DNA from: Vicugna vicugna | Lineage: Eukaryota | Assembly: GCA_013265495.1 (NCBI GenBank) | Contig: MU058781.1 | Span: 4,279,050 to 4,343,049, forward strand | Direction: 5' to 3' | DNA length: 64,000 nucleotides | In this document: piece after piece, positions 23,846 to 37,844 of the stretch | Position numbering within the stretch: position 1 is the stretch's first letter | How the letters are laid out: each line of letters starts with the position of its first letter | Position numbers and translations under genes: made by a program | Notes under the pieces: model-generated | Database searches by the model: none | Told to the model about the DNA's origin: nothing | The model's input: the letters and a program-made list of their open reading frames with translations, nothing else

Positions 23846-26319
23846 CAGCCCAGCTTCTTCCTTTTAGACATGAAACAACTGAGAAAGTCGTGTTCTACTT
23901 GGTGAGATTTCCAGGCCAGCTCCAGAAAAGCCCTCAGTATTCCTGAAGGCAGATAAATGGTCCTCTTTCAACTGCTCCCCAGAACCACTTCACATCTAAA
24001 GGATGCATTCTTGGTCTTAATACTGCATGACAGGTTTATGCTTTCCACCTTACTCCTTAACAGTACCAGCACCAGCGCAAGTGGGGAAGGAGGGAGGAGA
24101 ATGTACTGTAGTTACTCTTGGCCACTAGAATTTAACTTTCTATCTGAATTTGCAAAAAGTCTTCACAAGTCCTAATCTGCATTAAAGAAGTATCCTTCCA
24201 GATGGTCTGAAATGAAGAGCTAGTCAGGTGCTTGGTCCCACAAGGACCCAGATCTCAAAGAGAAGAAGAAATTAATTCTTACTGATGTTGGGGATGGGAA
24301 GGGTGGATCTTCAGTTGCAATCGTCTAAGTTAGGTACTGCTCATCTCTGAGCACCAAGGGTTTTCCCCCCAACATCTTCCTGAATCACATGGCACAGAAA
24401 TACTATTTTTACTCTAAGGATGACTATGGGCTGGGTCTCATGGGACAACAAGAAATTTAAGGCATAATTTTAGACCCCAAGGAATTTCCAGTCCAAATGA
24501 GAAGAAAGATCACATAGTCGTAAGAAAATGAATCAATAGAACTCGTGTTTGTTTAAACAGCTCTAGTCATATCAGTTGTTAAATAACCGAAATACTTCCC
24601 TAGGAATTTCCTCCAGTCTCCTGAGAACCCCCTTCCCTTGCTCCAGTGCTCCTGCCTCCTCCTCTGGGCTCCAGACCTCTCCCAAACTCTCCGGATGAGT
24701 TCTGGAAGCAGTAATGGTTTGCACTGCAGGTTCCTCCAGAACGTGTCCATCACCGCCCTGCCTGCCGTTGACGGGTCAGTGACCATGAAGTACAGCTTGT
24801 CAAATGTTTCTACAATCAGTCTGGAGGCAAAGCAATAAACTTTAGTTTCTAAATGAGTAACAGAGATGCCAGGTGTTGAATAGGTTCAAAGGGTGAGGGC
24901 GGGAGCACTATTACGCTAGGGTGAAGAGGGGAGGTGAATTTTGAGCAATCTGCAGAGATGGCTGGTACACAACAGTGGAGGGGGAGGGGGAGGGCCCTTG
25001 ATATGCCCAGTTCGTGAAACAGAATTAGGGTAGTATAAAAACACCAGCCAAACGTTGCCCAGTTAAACGACTGAACCAGGACTGAACTTGAAATCTTTTT
25101 AAATTCCCAAATCCATGATGTCTCCAGAAAAGAGGGGACAAATTATTTTCTAAAATAGGGATATGGAGACAGATGAACAAGGTTTGTTCAAAGACTACAG
25201 TGCTTCCTGAGAGTGAGATTTTGATGAAGACGACTGGCAGGTGACAGCCTTGGAAAGCAGAAAAGAGTGATAGGCCAAACATGCACACGTCCTGGTAGAG
25301 CCTGACTTCCCGTGACTGCAGAGCCGCGGGGCTAGAAGAGAACAGATTTTGCTGTACTTTGTAATTCAGTATACTCTGTTCTAGAATCACACTGTTAAAC
25401 TGTTACCAGAAGACCACCTCCCTGACCTGTGTTCTTCAACATAATTAATAGCACTACATAATTAATACGGAACACTTGTAAAAGTCAAAATAAAGACTGT
25501 ATTCTCACACGGTCCTATCAACAGACAACATCACTTCCCGTTGTTTCATTCATCTCTATAATTTCATACATGTAACCATACGTGTAATTTCATACACGTA
25601 ATTACAGTGTTCTTCTCTACACTGTCTCTTTATATTATCTCATGTTCTGCTGTAGTTTCAGACATGACTTTAAAAAAAAAATTCATCTTAAAGCCACCAA
25701 AACTTTCACTTGAAAAATGATCTCCAATCTGAGAAAGCAATGAAATCTAAATAGATTTTCAACTACATTTTGGTTTTGCACATGTCCACGGAAGATTCAG
25801 CAGAATCTAAGGAAGTGACTGCCCAGCACCTTTTTTTCCTTAAGACTGTCTCCCTCATCCCTCTGGTTGTCATGGGATCTGGGTGAGAGAGCCGCAATGG
25901 GACTGACCCCACGGCCGTGGTGGACGGGGCCAGTGGTGGGTGCTAGAATCAAGCAAGGTCAATGAAGCCCCTTCCCCAGGATTTTTGAAACTGAGGCTAC
26001 ACAATATAAACCGTGGGAGCCACTTGTTTCCGTGTTTCCCACTTACAGAAACAGAGGAACCGGATCATCAAAATCAAGAGGAACAGAGATGTGAAGTAAG
26101 AGCCTGGCGGTGTCAGAACTCTCCATTCTGATGGCCCGGCCACGCCCCGTGGTCAGGCCAGGGAAGCCCACAGGGGGTCTGCTAATGCTGCCTCCTTTCT
26201 GCAAGCTCGTATGGACTGGTTTCTGCACTTCTGCCTGTTCTCTCCACGCAAATCATCACAACCCTGTAATTTTAAGAAAAGTTTATCGGGGTAGAAGGAA
26301 AACAAGTCTGGAGAAAGGA

Positions 26320-27020
26320 AAAATTTGGATGCAACTGACTGGATAGTTCCACTTTGGGGAATTAATTCTAAAGAAATACTCAGACTTCAAAAAGCAAAGA
26401 TAAGTAAATGGAGAGATAGAGCAATATAGAGAGAAGGTCATAAAGCATTATTTATGATAGTGAAAAATAATGAACAACCCACATGCCCACTAAAGATGAT
26501 GGTTAAATAACTAAGGCTAGGATACATGTTATTACACAATCATCAAACATGTTAAACCTACTATACAGCACAGGGAATGATATTCAATTTCTTATAATAA
26601 GAAAATTCATGGAGACGTGCACATTACAATTCATGTCTCTGTTATGCTTCAATAAAAAGGTTTTAAAAATGAAAAAAATTTTAAATAAAATATGAAAAAA
26701 TATTTTTAAAAATGATGCTACATATTTTTTACCTGTTGAGATAGAAAGACATCCACACTATACCGTTAAAAGAAAGAAAGTTGTGTTTAAGAAAAGGGGA
26801 AAAAAAGGTGAAGAAAACAAACCAAGAAGAAAAATACAACCTGTATATGAATGTAAAGAGTCCGGAAAGACATAACCAAATGTTTGCAGTGCTTCCTGTG
26901 GGGTGCGATTATGAATAGTCTATATTACTTTTTTGTGATTTTGCTTTTTTTTTTACAATCATGATGTGTTACATTTATAAGTATGTAAAACCATAAAACT
27001 ACAACAATTGTGCAAATAAA
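26320..27020 (+). mobile_element. Old L1ME 3' region containing a younger L1 3'-end piece (about 26555-26700)
   Basis: ttccactttggggaattaattctaaagaaata...agcattatttatgatagtgaaaaa...tggttaaataa; inner cctactatacagcacagggaatgatattcaat resembles an artiodactyl L1 3'UTR. Confidence 0.6.
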
Positions 27021-27424
27021 AAATTCGATCGATAGTCTCTGTGCAGTCCTTGTGCAGGTCACAGTAGGCTGATCTGCCTTCCCCGGAGACCGAGTGGCGG
27101 GGAGAGTGGGGAACACGGTGAGGGCGGTGTCAGGGCTGCTCAGCTCGCAGAAGTAAAGCAAGATGGCAAGTGAATGGGGCAGGGGGATTTAGAATTTGGC
27201 TTAGTTGGGAAATAACCAAGCATCCAGGTCTTTTCCTTCTTATCTCTGCAGCAAAGAGCTCAGCTTCCTTCTGCTTCAGAAGGAACACTTGTAACTGTGC
27301 TGAGACTTGAACTCAAAGTGAATGTTCTTAGCCCCTGAGCCATCCCCTCTGGGCAACTGTTAAAACAGAGTTATGCTCTAAGTAGAAGAGAACTTGCTGA
27401 AGACACAGTTTTGCCTTGCAGCTT

Positions 27425-27903
27425 CGAGAACTGCAAAGAATCTGAGATCTCACTCTGACTGCAAGTGAACCGAGCATCCTGACCTGCAACAATTTCCTGC
27501 ATGCTGGCTAAGACTCGAGACCCCCAAGTCAGACAGAACACAGTTTCTTTCTCAGAGTGCTGCTCATATCCAGACGATCACCATTTTCTCAGCCAGTTCC
27601 CTGAGTTCCAGTTCCCGCGGGATGCTGTGCTGAGGGCCGGTGATGCCCGCACATGTGGGGGCTGTATGGCAGGAGAGAAGCTCCAATGTAGGAAACCCGA
27701 ATCTTTTCTGATAGGCTGCCAACCTGCTCTCTGCCCTGGCACGAGACATCATCTTTATTGTATTAGACAAAGCTGCCGTTTGCTTTGGAATGAGACACCA
27801 CCTCCGTCTGCTAAGGCTGTCCACTTTGCAAATATCCTTAAGAGGATGGTCTGGAACAAAATCCATGGAAGCCACTGTTGGCTATGATTTCCCTGTTCTC
27901 ACA
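27425..27903 (-). mobile_element. LTR47-like ERVL LTR
   Basis: aagaatctgagatctcactctgactgcaag...catgctggctaagactcgagacc...ggaaacccgaatcttttctgatagg...aaggctgtccactttgcaaatatccttaagaggatggtctggaacaaa. Confidence 0.6.
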
Positions 27904-28249
27904 TACAAGACCGGAGCAGGCCTGAGGGCCAGAATTTAGCAGTGACCAAGTGTGTCTGTTTATGAGTTGACAGAGTTTCCAGACCAGCTGAGGGATTATT
28001 GCTGAACGGACCCAAGAGGAGACAGGCGGCTCCTCCCTGAGCCCTCGCAGGCCCGCGTTAGGGACGCCCGCCCTGAGAAGTCCCTGGCAGCGCTTAGTGA
28101 GGCTCTCACTCAAAATGTCCAAAGCAGGTGCTGCACAAGCCACCTAAACACAACCAAACAAACAAAAATACACAAGCTTAGGGTCACTCTGTCAGTATCC
28201 AGGAAATTTCTCAATTGAAACATAAGGATATTTTAGAAATTTAACAATA

Positions 28250-28432
28250 AACATGGGGTGAGTGTTGATTGAGAAGGGGTACTGGGAAACTTTCTGAGGT
28301 GAGAGACGGGTTTGAAAGCTTGATAGGGAAGTGGTTTACTTGGCTGTGTCATTTGTCAAAACTTGTGTCCTTCTACTCTTCAGACCTGTACCTTTCACTA
28401 TATGTAAATTATGCATCGATTTTAAAAAAACA
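28250..28432 (+). mobile_element. L1MC/ME 3' terminus
   Basis: gattgagaaggggtactgggaaactttctgaggtga...catttgtcaaaact...tttcactatatgtaaattatg...aaaaaaa. Confidence 0.75.
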
Positions 28433-30159
28433 TAGTCAGCTCTCACTCTCAAAACTCTCCCTTACTCAGGGCCCGTGAACTTACCAGGGGTAGTCCACAT
28501 TTCTTGCTTACTTACATGCTTATTTTTTTTCCTACACATTTTATAAAGTTAATACCTGCTTCTCTGTCATTTTGTACCTATTAATGCTTCTGCTGGGTTG
28601 AATGCAATGGCAGCTAGTGATGGAGAAACTCAACCTGGTTAAATAAATTGCTTTTTCAAAAAAAACCCAGCTCAGCACAGTTCCTGGCCTGCAGTGAGTG
28701 ATCACTATGAGTTTCCTGAAACAAACGACTCAAAAGTGCAGAGGAAAATCGGTGAATGGAGGTCGCACATATAGAACAAAACCGGAGGTCCAGCATGTTT
28801 TGGACGTACTAGTGTATTTTCATTACCTACTGCGTTTAAAAGTCATTGTGCAGCTAACCCCAAACGCTAGAGGTAAATAAACAGGAGCCCTGTGTCTCGT
28901 TTTCCATTAGGTAAAATGTTGATTCTAAATGGTGGTGAGAGTCCCTCCTCCTTACCTGGATACGTCCTTTTTCCGACTATAGAGGAGGGAGGAGGGATGA
29001 AGAACAACAAACACAGGACACTGAAGGTCAGGGTCACAGATGACAGACAGAGCAACGTTTGTGAACCCCGTCCTTGGGGTAATGGATTTAGCAGTTAGCA
29101 CACCCGTCCTCTTTCCTTCTTATTCTAAACTCTCAGTCATGTCAAGCAGTCTTCCCTGGACGTGTCACTAACATGGGGGTTGGTAGACTGTGTCACCAGG
29201 AATACCTGTCACCCAAGTATCCTAGGATTCCAGAGCTTCCGAGTTTAAAATACAGCACGTTAGGTTTTGCTAACCCAGACCTCTGACGGCCGCAGCAGGA
29301 GTGCCAGCCCTGATGGCGTTTCTATCCAGTATTCCTCCCGCTCACCACGTACCCCTGGGGGTTCCTTACGAACCTGCCTGTCTGCCCCCAACCCCGGGCT
29401 CTGCACAACTTCGCCTCCCACAGTGTCTCAAAGCATCACCCCACCCTCACTGCGCTGTGGCCATCGGCAGACCCCTGATGTCCTTGTCAAGGCTCCCGCC
29501 TCCTCACACTCTCGGAGCTGGTCATCTCTGAGCAGCCTCTGCTATGTGGGTGTCCACACCACAGGGGCCGGAAGAGCTCCCTTCCCACCTTCTGGCTGTT
29601 TCTGGGCCTAAAGCATAAAGTCCTCAGGGAAACAGCTCTGTCAGATACTACGCCCTTTCCTCATCAAGTCCCCAAGCTAGTCACGTGTCAGGGATAAGGG
29701 ACAGATGCCACGCTTCCCTCTCCACTGGCCCCCTGTCTCATACAATTCACACAACACCCCCACTTCTCTCCCTCCTGCCCCCACCAAAAGCCACTCAGAG
29801 CATCAGTCACGCAAACACACTCCCCAAAGATCCCTGACTGATCAGCCAATAAGCCAACTAACTCCCCGGCGGGCACAGCTGGGACCCCGGCTGCACCTGG
29901 GGCTCTGGGTGTCTCCCACAGCAGAGCTGGGGAGGCTGTCTACTCTCATCAGAGAAAACAGTTTCCTGGTTTGCTTTGCTGGAAGGCAAACAAATCAAAC
30001 ATAACCTCAGAGAACTTGGAAGGTGGCCTCTTTCTGGGTGCCACCCCTACACAATCCAAATTATGATTTGTTGAAATTCAAAAGGCATCAAAGTCATCTG
30101 AGACCTAGGAGTCTCACCAGAACTCACAGAACATACGTTTGACTCCAATCCCTATTCCA

Positions 30160-30312
30160 TCCCTTACAGGAAGTAGGCTCTCATCACCCCCATTTTATCG
30201 ACGAGGAGCTGAGGTTACGTGAAAGAATAAGGCTCCTACCGTTAAAAAGTGCGGAATCAGGTTTGAACCCAGGAGATCGGAAAGACAGCCTGAGTTTTTA
30301 GCCATTCTACTG
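30160..30312 (-). mobile_element. MIR SINE
   Basis: ccccattttatcgacgaggagctgagg...caggtttgaacccagg. Confidence 0.7.
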
Positions 30313-31415
30313 CTCTGGTTCATAGGAGGAGCCTGACAGCCAGGGTATGGGAAGAGGAAATGAACAAGATGCTGAGGTTCAAGCTCATCAGAGGCCTGTA
30401 TGCAAACCACCTCCCCTGCCTAACCCAAAAGAGAGAAGGTGGTGTGCGGAAGGACGGATGGACCAGGCAGGCATTCGCTGGGACACTGTGACATCCACAC
30501 TCTCAGAAGAATGAAAGGGTTTAATTCTGCTCAGTCCAACATCTGATTGAAAGTACAGCAGATGACTGAACACGTGCAATTAATTTGATTTAAGGCTTGT
30601 GTGGTTTTGGCTCTTAAAAGACGCTGGACGCAGAAGAGCTTTACTGAGATGCCCGAGAAGAGCTATGCCCAGGAGACAGTGACTAGAGCACACAGAGCAC
30701 TGCACGTGTGTCTACAGCGTGAGATGCAGCCTGCGTCCTCCTCCTGCCTAAGGCATCCTCTGTGACCGGGAGCAGGGAAGAGGGAACGGGGAAGGACCTG
30801 GTCCAGCAACATCCGATGGCTCGTATCTGTATGCGCATCATCTCCCCCAGGAAAGAAGTCAAAGGATGTTGATAAAACTAATTGTTCTCCTTTCCTTCCA
30901 TGATGCTCCGCAGATGAACAAGGCAAAGGGCATTTCAAGAAGCGGGAAGAACCCCTGCAGGTTTGGAGAAAGGAAAGTCGAGGGGGGCCATGCTTGCAGA
31001 ATGACGGGCGTCTGGTGAGGTTGGTGGGACCTGACGGATGTGAACTGAGTCAGGAAGGCGAGGACACTCAATTTGTATGTGTGTGTGAGAGGCGGTAAAC
31101 ACTTCAGGGTAAGAAATAGGTTTCCCGGACTTGGTCTCGATCAAACTCACAATGTCTGTGTAATAGAATCTCTCCAGTCCAGTTCTACATAATAGTCACA
31201 AGCAGTGTCCCCAACAAGTAGTGTCCCCAACTTTTATTACGTGTATTACACTTAATAATATAGGAGCACACTAACATCAACTAATGAAGGCCTGTCCTGA
31301 GACGTTCCTGCCCTTTATAAAGTTCATGTCTCCTTACAGCCCTCAAAGTCCTGACATGAACCAACTAAATTGGCCAATAACGTGCCCATTTTCGCACAGA
31401 ACTTCCAAGACATAC

Positions 31416-31729
31416 AGTTAAGGGCTGAATTATGTTCCCCTAAATTCTTATGTTGAAGTCCTAACCCCCAGTTCCTCAGAATGTGCCTGTATTCAGAGAG
31501 GTCATTAAGCCGGGGTGGGGGGGCCTAATGCCACATGGCCGGTACCCAGGCAGGAACGGATGGTGACACAGGGAGGCTGTGGCATCTTCAAGCCGGGAGA
31601 GAGGCCTCGGGACGAAACCAGCCCTGCCCACAGCTAGGTCCCAGACTTCCAGCCTCCAGGACTGGGAGGAAATACCTTTCTGCTGTTTCATCCCCAGGCT
31701 GTTGTTCCTCTCAGACCAAGACAGATACG
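31416..31729 (+). mobile_element. MLT1B/C-like MaLR solo LTR with internal deletions
   Basis: gggctgaattatgttcccctaaattcttatgttgaagtcctaacccccagttcctcagaatgtg...cagacttccagcctccaggactgggaggaaatacctttctgctgttt. Confidence 0.85.
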
Positions 31730-33099
31730 GTTTCCCAGCCACACACCAGGACTCCAGGAGGCCTGTGTTGTGCAGGGCCTGCGTTAATAAGGCAACTCTC
31801 TCACACCAAAGTGATTCCTATTCCGCTCACTCGAGGTGACAGAGGGGAGCAGTGAGCTGCCCTCTTCCCTGTGTCCTCCAACCAAACATAATCCCACAAG
31901 GGAGCAGGAGGAGGCAGGAATGTGGCTGGAGAAGACCCCCCGGTAAAGAAAGGGTCCTCTGAAGGAACAGACGACACTGCTGGGTGCAGGGCTGAGGGCC
32001 TTTGTGGACTCTGTGCTCAGACCTGCCTCAAGACACTGTCATAAGCATTGCTTCTTATGAAGGGCATGTGGGGAGAAGGAAGAGGCACCTGTCCCTCGAG
32101 GGACGTCCTTCCTGCTCATATGGCCTCAGCGGACCCTGGTAGGACAGCACACGGCCAGGGGTGGTGGGTTTCTTACCTGCTCCTGGGCCACCACGCCCCG
32201 TGGTCCCTGCAGCCAGCAGCGTGGCCCACTCACCCATTTTATCCCAAACAAACACTAAGGCAGGACGGCAGCCTGCTGTGTGAGAAGGCTCGGAAGGTCA
32301 AGGCTCGTTCTGAAGGTCGCTCCATTTAGCCCTTCTCTTCTGCCTTTGTTTCTCACTGCAGCCCAGAAAGGCTGCCCAGTGGTGATTTTTGTTGATTTAT
32401 TTAAATCGCACCCTGCCTTTTGGCCTGGAGTAGCCTGCGGAACTCAGGCACAGCCGTGCCCGGCCACTAAGCCGGCTGATGAGATCAGATTAATTGGGGC
32501 ACGAGGCTTCTGATCCCCAACCTCTATGGGCTTTTTTGTGGGTTTTCAAGCTCTCTCCCAGCAAGTCCCGTGTCTGTGGGACGTACCACGTCTTCAGCGC
32601 ATACACATTTGAAAGGAGCAGATGAAAGCCGCTTCTCTGAGTCGGCCTAATTGGAGAGAATTGCGGTTTAGGGGTGAGGGGTGGGCCTAGTAAGTAAGAG
32701 GGAGAGGGGAGCAGGAGGGAGGGGGTGGGCAGAAGGACACGGGCTCTTTTTGATGAAAATGTGGGCCTCCCCACAGTCATCCCTCTTCAGCTGCTGCCTC
32801 ACAGATGGACCCTTTAATTGAATTTTCCTATGGGCCTGGGGGAGGGGGCCGTTTCAGGCCAGGAGAGCAATTGAAGTGAATCCGACGGCTTCGGCCTCTT
32901 CTCATGGGGAGCCGAAGGGGCAGGTGGGGTGGTTGTCAGCCTCAGTGTTTTCATCCTATGCCCGCCATCCGCTTCTCCTTTTCAATTCACCTGATTTTTT
33001 TTTTTTTCTTGAAAATCTCCACTCTGGGTTATCTTGCTACACTCTGGTCTTAGTCATCAGAGTACGCTTGGAGAAAGATGACTTAGAAAGGTCAGATTT

Positions 33100-33230
33100 G
33101 TTTGATTCCACTGGATTCAGCAACACTTGACGGAGCACCTGCTCCAAGTGTGCCTGGGCCTGGGTTCCGCTTGGAAGAAGATGGTGGCAAAGTCAATGCC
33201 TCCTTCTGAGAATTTATCGTCGATCAGGAG
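33100..33230 (-). mobile_element. L2 3' terminal fragment
   Basis: attcagcaacacttgacggagcacctgctcc...tgcctccttctgagaatttatcgtc. Confidence 0.55.
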
Positions 33231-33470
33231 GAATACTTAAAAAAAAAAAGAAAGAAAAGAAAGAAGAAGAAGAACAAAACAACAGATAAACAGAACCAGC
33301 TGAAGCATCACAGAAGCCAGCGTGAAGGTCTCCACTGAGTAGGTGAGGGGCCAAGATGGAGGGCAAGACAACCAGAACAAGTCCCTGGAGGTCAGCGGCA
33401 CTGCGGGACATTTAACGTGGACCATAGCCTGTAGATTGGCTGGTAAAAAAAAAAAAAAAATGCATATATA

Positions 33471-33717
33471 CCAGAGGGGAAATTGGGGGAGGTAGAGGGA
33501 TAAACAGGGAGTTTGGGGTTTGGAGACACTAACTACTATATATAAAATAGATACACAACAAGGTCCTACCGTATAGCACAGTAATACAGTAATGCCTTGT
33601 AATAGCCTATAATGAAAAATAATATGAAAAGAAATATATATATATGGAATGGAATCACTATGCTGTACACCAGAAATTAACACAACATTATAAACCAACT
33701 ATGCTTCAATGTAAAAG
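33471..33717 (+). mobile_element. 5'-truncated artiodactyl-type L1 (3'UTR only)
   Basis: gggataaacagggagtttgggg...actactatatataaaatagatacacaacaaggtcctaccgtatagcacag...aatcactatgctgtacaccagaaattaacacaacattataaa; TSD aatgcatatata (33459-33470 and 33718-33729). Confidence 0.9.
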
Positions 33718-35184
33718 AATGCATATATAGAAGGCAGAGCACCTCCCCACCCAGGGAGTACTCAGGGGAAAACCGTGGTGTGTGCCTGTGATCAGGACTC
33801 TGCTGAGAGGACTACAGATGTCAGAGGTCCAAGTGCAATTCCAGGACTGCCACGAGGAAGCCGACTATCTGCCTGCCTACAACTTCAGTCATCTTCTCAG
33901 ACCTTCATGAAATAAGGAAACTGGTGGTGGAGAGGGGAGGCAAGTTTGTCAGGGCAAAAACCAAAGGAGGAAGGTAACTGGTTCATTCATTCATTGGTGT
34001 TTGCTAAGCTTGTCCACCCTATTTAGGATTCTTTGTTAAAGTCTGGAGATACAGGGTCCAGTGTCACATGGCCCTTGAGGCTTAGAGAAGGAAAAATCTT
34101 TGTGGTGCACATAGTTATAATAAGTAGGATTTTATAGCAAGAAAATGTATTAGTTGCAATTCAGGAAATAGTACTGAAAGCATATGGCAGGTGAAGGAAG
34201 AGCATGAACTGCCTGTGGGAAACAGCTCTCCCCAGAAACAGCATTCTAGGCTAAGTGGCAAGTCCATAAATTCTTCATCTCAGCCCTTCATGAGGCATGG
34301 TGGTCCCACTTGGCACAGTGGTCAGTCTCAGGTGCTCAGGGGAGAGTGACCAAAGCTTTTAGGGAAGATGGGTGCCCAGGAGAGATGGGCCCAGAGCCGT
34401 GCCTCAAGAGAGGAAGAGGATTTGCATGGAAAGAGAAAGAAGGCTGCTCTGGTGGCCAAGGAGCAGAGGTGGTGATGAGGATGGATAAAGCGGGTGGCTA
34501 GCCTACGTGGGCAGAAGGATCACATCCTTGTGAGATGGTGTTTAGGTGCGTGAGATGGAACCATCAAGGCAGGTCCTCACTTGCATGGGGAATTTAGCTG
34601 TTCCTTAAGAAAACAACAGAACCAAAACAAATTAACTTTTTCACATTCCCACTATGGCCAGTTACTTTCCTACTGATGATTTATCATTGTTGTCATCGCC
34701 TTCATCTTCATCACTGAATCCTCACATGACTACTGGGAAGTGGCTAATATCTATTTTAGAGGGAAGGAAATTCAGGTTCCAACAGTATAAGTCTCTCACC
34801 CCGGGTCACCCTGGTGACTGGTGTGGGGTGGGACTCTGTCTTCTACAGCTGCCTCCCTGGACCGGAGCAGAACAAGGCCATGACCAACATGCTCTCAGAC
34901 CCCCCTCAGGCGATGGAGGTACTTTTCCCATCGTCAAGACATGCCTTGGCAAAGGCTGGCTCGACGCCCCGACTGAGAACACCCAGGTGGCCCTGGAGAC
35001 ATCCCAACCCGAGGCACCAGACAGAAGTGCCTGGGTGTGTGGTGACCAGTGGGAAGGTGGGCAAAGCCCTCTGAAGAGCACTCAGGCCACTCTTTTAGCA
35101 AACAGGCCGCATCCCAGACACTCCTCCAAGGCCAGCCTCTCCTGATCTTCCCTAATCACAGGACCACCTGAGGGTCTATGATGC

Positions 35185-35345
35185 CACCTGCTGTGTTAGG
35201 CACTTTGCGTTCATCATTCCAATTAATTCTCATGCCGACCCATGAAAGTAAGAATTATGACTCTTGTTTTATACGTTAGGAAATGGCGGCTCTGAGAAGG
35301 GGTTGAGCTGTGGATCAAAAGCCAGTTCGGACCCCAGTGACTGCT
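35185..35345 (-). mobile_element. MIR SINE
   Basis: tgtgttaggcactttg...aattaattctcatgccgacccatgaaagtaag...gttttatacgttaggaaatggcggctctgagaaggggtt. Confidence 0.65.
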
Positions 35346-35785
35346 CTTTCCCCTCGGCAACCCCGCCCTTAGAGCCGTACCCTCACCCCCATGTCTGCCA
35401 AAGTCTTAAGAGTTCAAACTCAATAAACATCGTTTCAGAGATCAGTTCATGCCAGACACTGTGGTCACCTAGCTTGCCTCCTCTATTTAAGAAACAAGAA
35501 CAAAAACTCTTCAATGACTGCAGGGATTCATATGGAGCTACACACGCAATGGCGACAGCTGGTGTGAAGGCACACTGGATGGCCGCATTCCGGAGTGGGC
35601 TGGCTCCAGCGGCCTGCGCAGCCACTGGGAGGAGGAATGATCACCTACCGAGGGTCGCCAACTGCCATCACACAGTAACGCTTGGAAACTGATCACTGAT
35701 GGTAAGTAAGCTAACATTTGTTGATCGCTGTGTGCCAGCCACTGGGCTAAGAACTTCCCATGCATGGTGGCACAAGATTTCAAAG

Positions 35786-36000
35786 CAGTTTCTCAGCCTT
35801 GGCACTACTGACATTTTGTGCCAGATCATTCATTCCCGAGGGGCTGTCCGGTGCGTGGAAGATGCCCAGTGGCAGCCCTGGCCCCTCTCCCCTCTAGGTC
35901 CCAGTAGCACACCGTATCCCAGTTACGACAACCAAAACTGTCTCCAGACATGGCCAGATGTCTCCTGGGTAACAAAACTGCCCCCAGGCGAGGACCACTG
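35786..36000 (-). mobile_element. MER20 hAT-Charlie MITE
   Basis: tttctcagccttggcactactgacattttg...gacaaccaaaactgtctccagacatggccagatgtc...gaggaccactg; degenerate TSD tttcaaag / ttttaagg. Confidence 0.9.
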
Positions 36001-36284
36001 TTTTAAGGTATAAACTGATGTGCCTCTGAACTGACACAGTGGGACACGTGCCTCTAGTTCAGGCTAGCGCGGAGTCTGAAGGCAACTCCCGTCAGCTTGG
36101 ACTTAGGTCATCCCGGGCCGTTCTGCACATCTGCCCATCTGGGAAACAGGGTCATGCCTGCAAGTTGACCCTTCATAAAGCCGACGTGTAACAATATGAG
36201 TCTCACTAATGAAAGACCCGAAATAGAACAAATGGGCCCCTAACTCCTGGACCTTGGGTTTCCTGAGTTGATTTGCTTGGGAAC

Positions 36285-36520
36285 AGCTGGTAGTGAACAT
36301 AAAACCCTGGGGGAACCCTTCTCCAATCCTGCTTGGATGTTAATTAGATGTGAAGTCTTGTGAAGTGATTTAACCTCTCTAAGCTCAGTTTTCTTGTCTG
36401 TAAAATCAGGGCAATGGGAAGGCACTTCCGTCACACGGGTTCTTAGGAGGATCAAACAGGACGTTAAATACAAAGTTCCTACTCCTGTGCAGGCACACAG
36501 TAGGCCTCACAAATCAAAAC
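36285..36520 (+). mobile_element. MIR SINE
   Basis: aagtgatttaacctctctaagctcagttttcttgtctgtaaaatcaggg...ggcacacagtaggcctcacaaat. Confidence 0.8.
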
Positions 36521-37844
36521 TGTCTTTGTCTTCACCCTTTTCTCCCCAAGACAGAGAAAGGATTTTATTTGGAACAAAAGCAGTGGGAGTGTACAACGAA
36601 TTCCATCGAACAGAGCCTGTGTTATGAATGGGGGCTGTATTTCCTTCCAGGCGAGCCGTTCGGGCTTGGCATAATGCAGCTCCTTTGTGCACCTCCACGT
36701 CGTCTCTCTGACCGTGCGCACAGACCTGTTGGATCAAGACCGCTGTCGGAGACCTCACGGAAAAAGGCATGGGCCCCTCTGCAGGTGTCTGCCGTCCAAT
36801 AAGCTTGTCAGCAAAGGCTTTCCTGCGCCTGGCTCGTCTGTCAGACATACAGGTGTGCCTGGGCTCCGCTTACACTCTGGAGCCAGGGTCATGGCTGCTA
36901 GAACGGAGGAGTCTTCCCCCAGGGATGGAAGCTTTTATCAACCTGAATAATAACCTGCTGCAGCCTGGAGCCCACGGAGGTCGATGAATAGGTTTCTCTT
37001 TGCCCTGCATCTGGAAACCACAAGCCCGATCAGCAGCATGGCTCAGATTGCTATATTCTCTGGGGAATCGGGTCGGGGAGGCTCCCCGTAAAGCTGTAGG
37101 TCACAGGGTAAAAAGAACCAAGGAAGTGAGTGCTTTCACCTGTCTTAGAAGGTATGACTAATTAAACAAAGCCTAGGTTAAGCCAGGGCTGGGAACCCAC
37201 TCTTGGATTGCCTCTGCCCTTCCAGTCTCCTCCCTCAGGCCTGCATTTCCCTGCATTATCTCCAGAGACAAAGAGAGAGTGAGAGACAGACACAGAGACA
37301 TACACAGAGAATGTGGAGTAAACGAAGATGCTGCTTAAATCTGAAAATCTTTCTACTATTTGCAAATGAGAAAAATCACTTTGATGGGAGAGGAAGGTAA
37401 AGTTTGGGCAAAATGGAATTTGGCGTGTAATTCAGATTTCATGCATTCACTTCCTTGTTCTCTCTCCACATCAGCAGGGCCCTCTAAGAGTAGCTATAAA
37501 GTGCTGTGCGTCTAGCAGCTTCCCTCTGCTGGGGTTTGGGGTGGGGGTGTTAGCTGTTTGGGTGATCTCTCCAGGAGCCATGGAAGAAGAACCCCAGTGC
37601 CAGCCGGCTGGCCCCAGCCAGGCTGGGGTCTTGCTATGTGACGCGTGTGAAAATGGCATGACATGAACACAGACTCAGCTGGGCTATGAGGACAAAACTT
37701 CCGATAGCCATGTGACAAAGTCATGCTGATGCCTTTTGGGATCGGAGGATGGGGAAGTATTTCAAAGGTAAAAGTTGAAATGAACAGCTATTGTATTCCC
37801 TAAGAAAACGATGGCTCTACCCAGAACCCAGCTGAATACCATCT

